From Tubiluchus corallicola (lineage: Eukaryota; Animalia; Priapulida), in the NCBI GenBank assembly GCA_030141605.1, contig JAQGDQ010000708.1:45108-109107 (forward strand): a DNA stretch of 64,000 nucleotides. The letters run 5' to 3'. A program made the position numbers and the translations under genes. A model generated the notes under the pieces. The model was not told the DNA's origin, searched no databases, and saw nothing but the letters and a program-made list of their open reading frames with translations. Positions 56,739 through 64,000 of this stretch are shown here, in pieces; position 1 is the first letter of the stretch, and every line of letters starts with the position of its first letter.

Positions 56739-57755
56739 ATAATGTAATGTAATGTAATGTAATGCAATGTAATGTAATGTAATGTAATGTAATGTAATGT
56801 AATGTAATGCAATGCAATGTAATGTAATGTAATGTAATGTAATGTAATGCAATGCAATGTAATGTAATGTAATGTAATGTAATGTAATGCAATGTAATGT
56901 AATGTAATGTAATGTAATGTAATGTAATGTAATGTAATGCAATGTAATGCAATGTAATGCAATGTAATGCAATGTAATGCAATGCAATGCAATGCAATAC
57001 AATGCAATGCAATGCAATGCAATGCAATACAATGCAATACAATACAATACAATACAATACAATACAATACAATACAATACAATACAATACAATACAATAC
57101 AATACAATACAATACAATAGAATAGAATAGAATAGAATAGAATAGAATAGAATAGAATAGAATAGAATAGAACAGAATCTAATCTAATCTAATCTAATCT
57201 AATCTAATCTAATCTAATCTAATCTAATCTAATCTAATCTAATCTAATCTAATCTAATCTAATCTAATCTAATCTAATCTAATCTAATCTAATACAACAA
57301 CAACAACAAAAACAAAAAAAAAAAAAATAATCTAATCTAATCTAATCTAATCTAATCTAATCTAATCTAATCTAATCTAATCTAATCTAATCTAATCTAA
57401 TCTAATCTAATCTAATCTAATCTAATCTAATCTAATCTAATCTAATCTAACCTAACCTAACCTAACCTAACCTAACCTAACCTAACCTAACCTAACCTAA
57501 CCTAACCTAACCTAACCTAACCTAACCTAACCTAACCTAACCTAACCTAACCTAACCTAACCTAACCTAACCTAACCTAACATAACATAACATAACATAA
57601 CATAACATAACATAACATAACATAACATAACATAACATAACATAACATAACATAACATAACATAACATAACATAACATAACATAACATAACATAACATAA
57701 CATAACATAACATAACATAACATAACATAACATAACATAACATAGTATAGTATAA
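56739..57755. repeat. Compound pentanucleotide microsatellite AATGT-AATGC-AATAC-AATAG-AATCT-AACCT-AACAT
   Basis: Direct observation. Confidence 0.97.
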
Positions 57756-57884
57756 TATAATATACTTTTGCAACTTAAAAATCTTACTATCGTTACGAAT
57801 ATTCAATTTATAAACTTTGATTTTTCATCACTTCGTTGTTAGCAGTACTAAATTTGAAGAACCGCCATTTTTCTTGATATCATC

Positions 57885-58131
57885 CGTTTAAGCAGTACTG
57901 TACACTTATGCAAACGTGCTTGACGCCCAAGGGAAGACGTCTGCCATTACACAAACTGTGGTTAGTTTCTGACGTAAGCAGTAGCTGTGTTCGGTTGCCG
58001 TTAAATAACTTTCCAAGCTAATTATTCAAATATAAAAAACAATTATTAACTTCTATAGCCACGAAAATGTACATTATGGACGGTAAATTAAAGTGAGATT
58101 GAGTCTAAACAATCTTCCGGTTTTCCTTTAA
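57885..58131 (+). mobile_element. Family A element, right-hand part
   Basis: Matches ~1853-2101; ends CAATCTTCCGGTTTTCCT-TTAA. Confidence 0.85.
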
Positions 58132-59840
58132 GTGACAACAATAAAATGAACCCAACATGCTGAGTGACTTGTTCTTTCCTTTAGCACACCACAAACAGTT
58201 TAAGTGATAACAGTAAAATAAACCCAACATGCTGAGTGACTTGTTCTTTCCTTTAGCACACCACAAACAGTTTAAGTGATAACAGTAAAATAAACCCAAC
58301 ATGCTGAGTGACTTGTTCTTTCCTTTAGCACACCACAAACAGTTTAAGTGATAACAATAAAATAAACCCAACATGCTGAGCGACTTGTTCTTTCCTTTAG
58401 CACACCACAAACAGTTTAAGTGACAACAATAAAATGAACCCAACATGCTGAGTGACTTGTTCTTTCCTTTAGCACACCACAAACAGTTTAAGTGATAACA
58501 GTAAAATAAACCCAACATGCTGAGCGACTTGTTCTTTCCTTTAGCACACCACAAACAGTTTAAGTGATAACAATAAAATAAACCCAACATGCTGAGCGAC
58601 TTGTTCTTTCCTTTAGCACACCACAAACAGTTTAAGTGATAACAATAAAATGAACCCAACATGCTGAGTGACTTGTTCTTTCCTTTAGCACACCACAAAC
58701 AGTTTAAGTGATAACAATAAAATGAACCCAACATGCTGAGTGACTTGTTCTTTCCTTTAGCACACCACAAACAGTTTAAGTGATAACAATAAAATGAACC
58801 CAACATGCTGAGTGACTTGTTCTTTCCTTTAGCACACCACAAACAGTTTAAGTGATAACAATAAAATGAACCCAACATGCTGAGCGACCTGCTCTTTCCT
58901 TTAGCACACCACAAACAGTTTAAGTGATAACAATAAAATAAACCCAACATGCTGAGTGACTTGTTCTTTCCTTTAGCACACCACAAACAGTTTAAGTCAT
59001 AACAATAAAATGAACCCAACATGCTGAGTGACTTGTTCTTTCCTTTAGCACACCACAAACAGTTTAAGTGATAACAATAAAATGAACCCAACATGCTGAG
59101 TGACTTGTTCTTTCCTTTAGCACACCACAAACAGTTTAAGTGATAACAATAAAATGAACCCAACATGCTGAGTGACTTGTTCTTTCCTTTAGCACACCAC
59201 AAACAGTTTAAGTGATAACAATAAAATGAACCCAACATGCTGAGTGACTTGTTCTTTCCTTTAGCACACCACAAACAGTTTAAGTCATAACAATAAAATG
59301 AACCCAACATGCTGAGTGACTTGTTCTTTCCTTTAGCACACCACAAACAGTTTAAGTGATAACAATAAAATGAACCCAACATGCTGAGTGACTTGTTCTT
59401 TCCTTTAGCACACCACAAACAGTTTAAGTGATAACAATAAAATGAACCCAACATGCTGAGTGACTTGTTCTTTCCTTTAGCACACCACAAACAGTTTAAG
59501 TCATAACAATGAAATGAACCCAACATGTTGAGCGACTTGTTCTTTCCTTTAGCACACCACAAACAGTTTAAGTGATAACAATAAAATGAACCCAACATGC
59601 TGAGTGACTTGTTCTTTCCTTTAGCACACCACAAACAGTTTAAGTGATAACAATAAAATGAGCCCCACATGCTGAGCAACTTGTTCTTTCCTTTAGCACA
59701 CCACAAACAGTTTAAGTAATAACACTAAAATGAACCCAACATGCTGAGCAACTTGCTCTTTCCTTTAGCACACCACAAACAGTTTAAGTCATAACAATAA
59801 AATGAACCCAACATGCTGAGCAACTTGCTCTTTCCTTTAA
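58128..59840. repeat. 72-bp satellite derived from the family C terminus, ~24 copies
   Basis: Period 72 (58151 to 58223); ends TCTTTCCT-TTAA; explains the 533-aa ORF. Confidence 0.97.
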
Positions 59841-60385
59841 GGTCCATTCCACATTATACAAACCATACCTAACAGAAATTATTCTTGTACACACCCAGCC
59901 GATTACTATCCAGAACTAATGGTGCTTAACTAAACATTGTGTCACGGACTTTTGTTGTATATCTGGTGATGTTTAATATAGTGATAATACAGTTTTCCCT
60001 TAACAAAAAAAAACACAAAAGCAAAACCAGCAGCCATTTTTGCAGTCTGCTTCTCAACGCAAAATATTTTTTTTCAAGTTGAAGGATTTTAAAGAAATGG
60101 CGCCCCATATGAGCCGTCCTCGCAATTTATTTATAAGATAATAAAGCAAGGCAAGATAACATTCATGTAAAAAGTATACCGTAGCTGATCCCTCACTAAA
60201 TTGCTTTTGGCGCATGTAGTAGCTGCAACGAGATTGGTTTCACTGCCGGATTATCGCAAAGGTCAGGCAACTGCCGTAACCGTTGCCATACATAACGAAA
60301 GCCCCCTATTCCAACAACACTCTGCCGAATTTGCCGCAACACCAACCTCAATTTTCTTATTTTGTTGATAAGAAATTGGCAAAAT

Positions 60386-61802
60386 TTAAAGCAAAGGATA
60401 AGTCCGCTTAGCATGTTGGTTTATTTTACTGTTATGACTTAAACTGTTTGTGGTGTGCTAAAGGAAAGAACAAGTTGCTCAGCATGTGGGGCTCATTTTA
60501 TTGTTATCACTTAAACTGTTTGTGGTGTGCTAAAGGAAAGAACAAGTCACTCAACATGTTGGGTTCATTTCATTGTTATGACTTAAACTGTTTGTGGTGT
60601 GCTAAAGGAAAGAACAAGTCACTCAGCATGTTGGTTTATTTTACTGTTATGACTTAAACTGTTTGTGGTGTGCTAAAAGAAAGAACAAGTTGCTCAGCAT
60701 GTTGTGTTTATTTTATTGTTGTCACTTAAACTGTTTGTGGTGTGCTAAAGGAAAGAACAAGTTGCTCAGCATGTGGGGTTCATTTTATTGTTATCACTTA
60801 AACTGTTTGTGGTGTGCTAAAGGAAAGAACAAGTTGCTTAGCATGTGGGGCTCATTTTATTGTTATCACTTAAACTGTTTGTGGTGTGCTAAAGGAAAGA
60901 ACAAGTTGCTTAGCATGTTGGTTTATTTTATTGTTATCACTTAAACTTGTAAAACTTAAACCAAAAAAATTACAAAAAAAAACTGTCTGCAAAGCATAAA
61001 ATTCATTTATAATAGCGCTGAAGTAAATGTTCAGGCGCGGTGGAAACCGCCATTTGCTTGAAAATTATGACGTAACTGGTGGATATCGTGATTTTCAGTA
61101 AGTACTCACCGCTGAAACCAATTCAACAGTCTGCAGTTTACCTAATGTTCATGCAAGCATATTACAAATTAGCGATCTGATTGTTTGTAAAGGCTTTTTA
61201 TACTTTTGACCAAAATTGACGTGCGCTGCTTTCTTTCAGTCGATGAACGACGTCATTGGTGGAGAACTGGGAGCATCCAAGCATGAAATGATACGAACTT
61301 GAAGCGATTATGCTAACTACACGTGGCGCCTGTGACACTTCACTGGTGACGTCACTGGTGGAGAACTGGGAGCATCCAAGCTTGAAATGATACGAACTTG
61401 AAGCGATTATGCTAACTACACGTGGCGCCTGTGACACTTCACTGGTGACGTCACTGGTGGAGAACTGGGGGTACCCAAGCTTGAAATGATACGAACTTGA
61501 AGCGATTATGCTATAACTATGCGTGGCGCTTATGACACTTCACTGGTGACGTCACTGGTGGAGAACTGGGAGCAGCCAAGCTTGAAATGATACGAACTTT
61601 GAGCGATTACGCTATAACTACACGTGGCGCTTATGACACTTCACTGGTGACGTCACTGGTGGAGAACTGGGAGCAGCCAAGCTTGAAATGATACGAACTT
61701 GAAGCGATTATGCTATAACTACACGTGGCACTTATGACACTTCATTACTAAATGGCAAACATTGAAAGAAGCCTAACACAGAAAGGTTGACCGTTCCTTT
61801 AA
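60386..61802 (-). mobile_element. Family C element, inverted, carrying a 72-bp array (~60410-60945) and a ~100-bp array (~61245-61740)
   Basis: TTAA at 60386-89 and 61799-802. The body is a diverged reverse complement of 52175-52700. Confidence 0.75.
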
Positions 61803-62116
61803 GAACAGCATTAAAAGCAGCAGTATAATAAGAACAGCATAAAAGCAGTAGCCTATTATATCTAAGTGTTGAGTGTACATCGGTACCTGCAATAAACTAT
61901 GAAAAATTTAATATAGGCTCACAACGAGGCCACTTGAACAGGGAAAATAAGTGCAAAAATTCCACATAAATGATCTCAGCGGAATTAGTGCAGATAATAT
62001 GGCGTTTTATTAAACTTGACTGTCGACTTTATGTTAATAAATTCAAACGAGCTTCTCCTACGAAACTTTGTTCCGGCAAACAGCTGAGATTGGAAGTGAA
62101 AAGAAAATTTTAGCAC

Positions 62117-62581
62117 TTAACCCTTTCAGACCCAAATTATTTTTTTAATAAGAAAAATGTTTGGCTTGGTACTTTTGTTCAGTATGTTCATTTTGTTTAC
62201 ACGTAATAATTATTTTTTTCTACCCGTGCCCGCGTGCTAAATATAGCCTGTATCCCACGGGATACATTGGGATTCAATGGAAGCATAAAATGTGCTTCAT
62301 TTTGCAAATGCTGATAATTTTTTAAAGTATTTAAGACATTTGGTATGCATGCTATGCTGATCTGTACGAAGTCGTCTCTAAAGTACTGTACCTTGCGCAG
62401 TTTTTTATGCTATGTAGATTTTCTAGTTTGCCATTTTATCACCATTTTCAGTCTATTGTTATTGGCTTAAATCAAAATAACTATTAACAGATCAAATGAC
62501 TGTCAGTTTTAAAATTTTGTTAATTTTAAAGGCACAAAATATCCTCGTATCCCACGGGATCAACGGGTATGAAAGGGTCAA
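62117..62581. mobile_element. piggyBac-like MITE, long copy
   Basis: TTAA-CCCTTTCA...TGAAAGGG-TCAA termini; homologous to 2681-2850. Confidence 0.8.
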
Positions 62582-62789
62582 ACCCCACGGAAAATTAGCA
62601 GGTAAATACTGCAAAAGAAAATTTTGTTACTGACATGTTTATTTGATCTGCAAAATTTAGCTCATTTTATTGCTGTACTGAAATTTTTAATGATATAGTA
62701 CATATAAAAACTACGCATATATGTGCTCACATAGACGCAAATGTTCTCTCTAATCATTATGATAAATATCAGCTCACAAACTAGGCATA

Positions 62790-63020
62790 GATGTGCATGT
62801 GCGCGTGTGTGTATGTGCGTGTGTGCGTGTGCGTACGTGCGTGGACTTGTGCGCGTGTGTGTATGTGTGTGTGTGCATACGTGCATGGACTTGTGCGTGT
62901 GTCTGTATGTGAGTGTGCGTACGTGCGTGGACTTGTGTGCGTGTGTGTATGTGTGCGTGTGCGTACGTACGTGGACTTGTGTGCGTGCGTACGTGCATGG
63001 ACTTGTGCACGTGTGTGTGT
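62790..63020. repeat. (TG/CG)-rich degenerate repeat
   Basis: Direct observation. Confidence 0.85.
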
Positions 63021-63201
63021 ACTCATAATTAAGTCAAAGTTAGAGACCATTTATATAAATGCGCAATACGTAATATTAATAAATAAAATAAAGATTAATC
63101 AAGAATTAACAGAGAGTGCTGACTGTAACTATGTTTTTAGTTACAGTCAGATGAACAAACTAAAGAAACTAACCGCATATCCACTTTCTCTATTGTAGAC
63201 A

Positions 63202-64000
63202 AGCTATGCCTCAACGTACCTCGCTATGCTAGGTAAGCTATGCCTCAACATACCTTGCTATGCTAGGTAAGCTATGCCTCAACATACCTCGCTATGCTAG
63301 GTAAGCTATGCCTCAACGTACATCGCTATGCTAGGTAAGCTATGCCTCAACATACCTTGCTATGCTAGGTAAGCTATGCCTCAACATACCTCGCTATGCT
63401 AGGTAAGCTATGCCTCAACATACCTCGCTATGCTAGGTAAGCTATGCCTCAACATACCTCGCTATGCTAGGTAAGCTATGCCTCAACATACCTCCCTATG
63501 CTAGGTAAGCTATGCCTCAACATACCTCGCTATGCTAGGTAAGCTATGCCTCAACATACCTCACTATGCTAGGTAAGCTATGCCTCAACATACCTCACTA
63601 TGCTAGGTAAGCTATGCCTCAACATACCTCACTATGCTAGGTAAGCTATGCCTCAACATACCTCACTATGCTAGGTAAGCTATGCCTCAACATACCTCAC
63701 TATGCTAGGTAAGCTATGCCTCAACATACCTCACTATGCTAGGTAAGCTATGCCTCAACATACCTCACTATGCTAGGTAAGCTATGCCTCAACATACCTC
63801 ACTATGCTAGGTAAGCTATGCCTCAACATACCTCACTATGCTAGGTAAGCTATGCCTCAACATACCTCACTATGCTAGGTAAGCTATGCCTCAACATACC
63901 TCACTATGCTAGGTAAGCTATGCCTCAACATACCTCACTATGCTAGGTAAGCTATGCCTCAACATACCTCACTATGCTAGGTAAGCTATGCCTCAACATA
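63202..64000. repeat. 34-bp minisatellite (aagctatgcctcaacatacctcactatgctaggt), >=23 copies, runs off the window
   Basis: Tandem units. Confidence 0.97.

Noticed and set aside
57449-57580. (TTAGG)n on the minus strand as an arthropod-type telomere or interstitial telomeric repeat
   Set aside because: It is only ~26 units and embedded in register within a ladder of related pentamers; it does not indicate a chromosome end or taxon.
58105-59706. 533-aa Cys-rich ORF resembling a zinc-finger or metallothionein repeat
   Set aside because: It is the read-through of a 72-bp satellite that derives from a transposon terminus and occurs in both orientations.

Overview
AT-rich, repeat-dense animal (invertebrate) genomic DNA, not prokaryotic. 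Almost all long ORFs in the supplied track are artefacts of micro- and minisatellites. The one convincing protein-coding locus is a spliced minus-strand neuropeptide precursor. A signal-peptide exon (34339..34240; MLLRRLYFILLSACLFVCLSHVTFTSAAQSPLA) joins in phase 1 to a peptide exon (25330..24846) encoding 9 KR-flanked copies of AMEFLG. These predict 8x AMEFLamide and 1x AMEFLGamide, i.e. an EFLamide/EFLGamide (protostome TRH-type) like prohormone of about 194 aa. A second, phase-compatible signal-peptide-like exon lies at 40539..40473. A probable terminal exon of a plus-strand gene sits at 39..132. The rest consists of non-autonomous DNA transposons with TTAA target sites (three Kolobok-like families and one piggyBac-like family), a Harbinger-like MITE, SINEs, an RTE LINE fragment, LTR-like pieces and about 20 tandem-repeat arrays. 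Some arrays derive visibly from transposon ends or show higher-order structure. All family assignments come from reading the sequence, without database searches; repeat boundaries and copy numbers are approximate.
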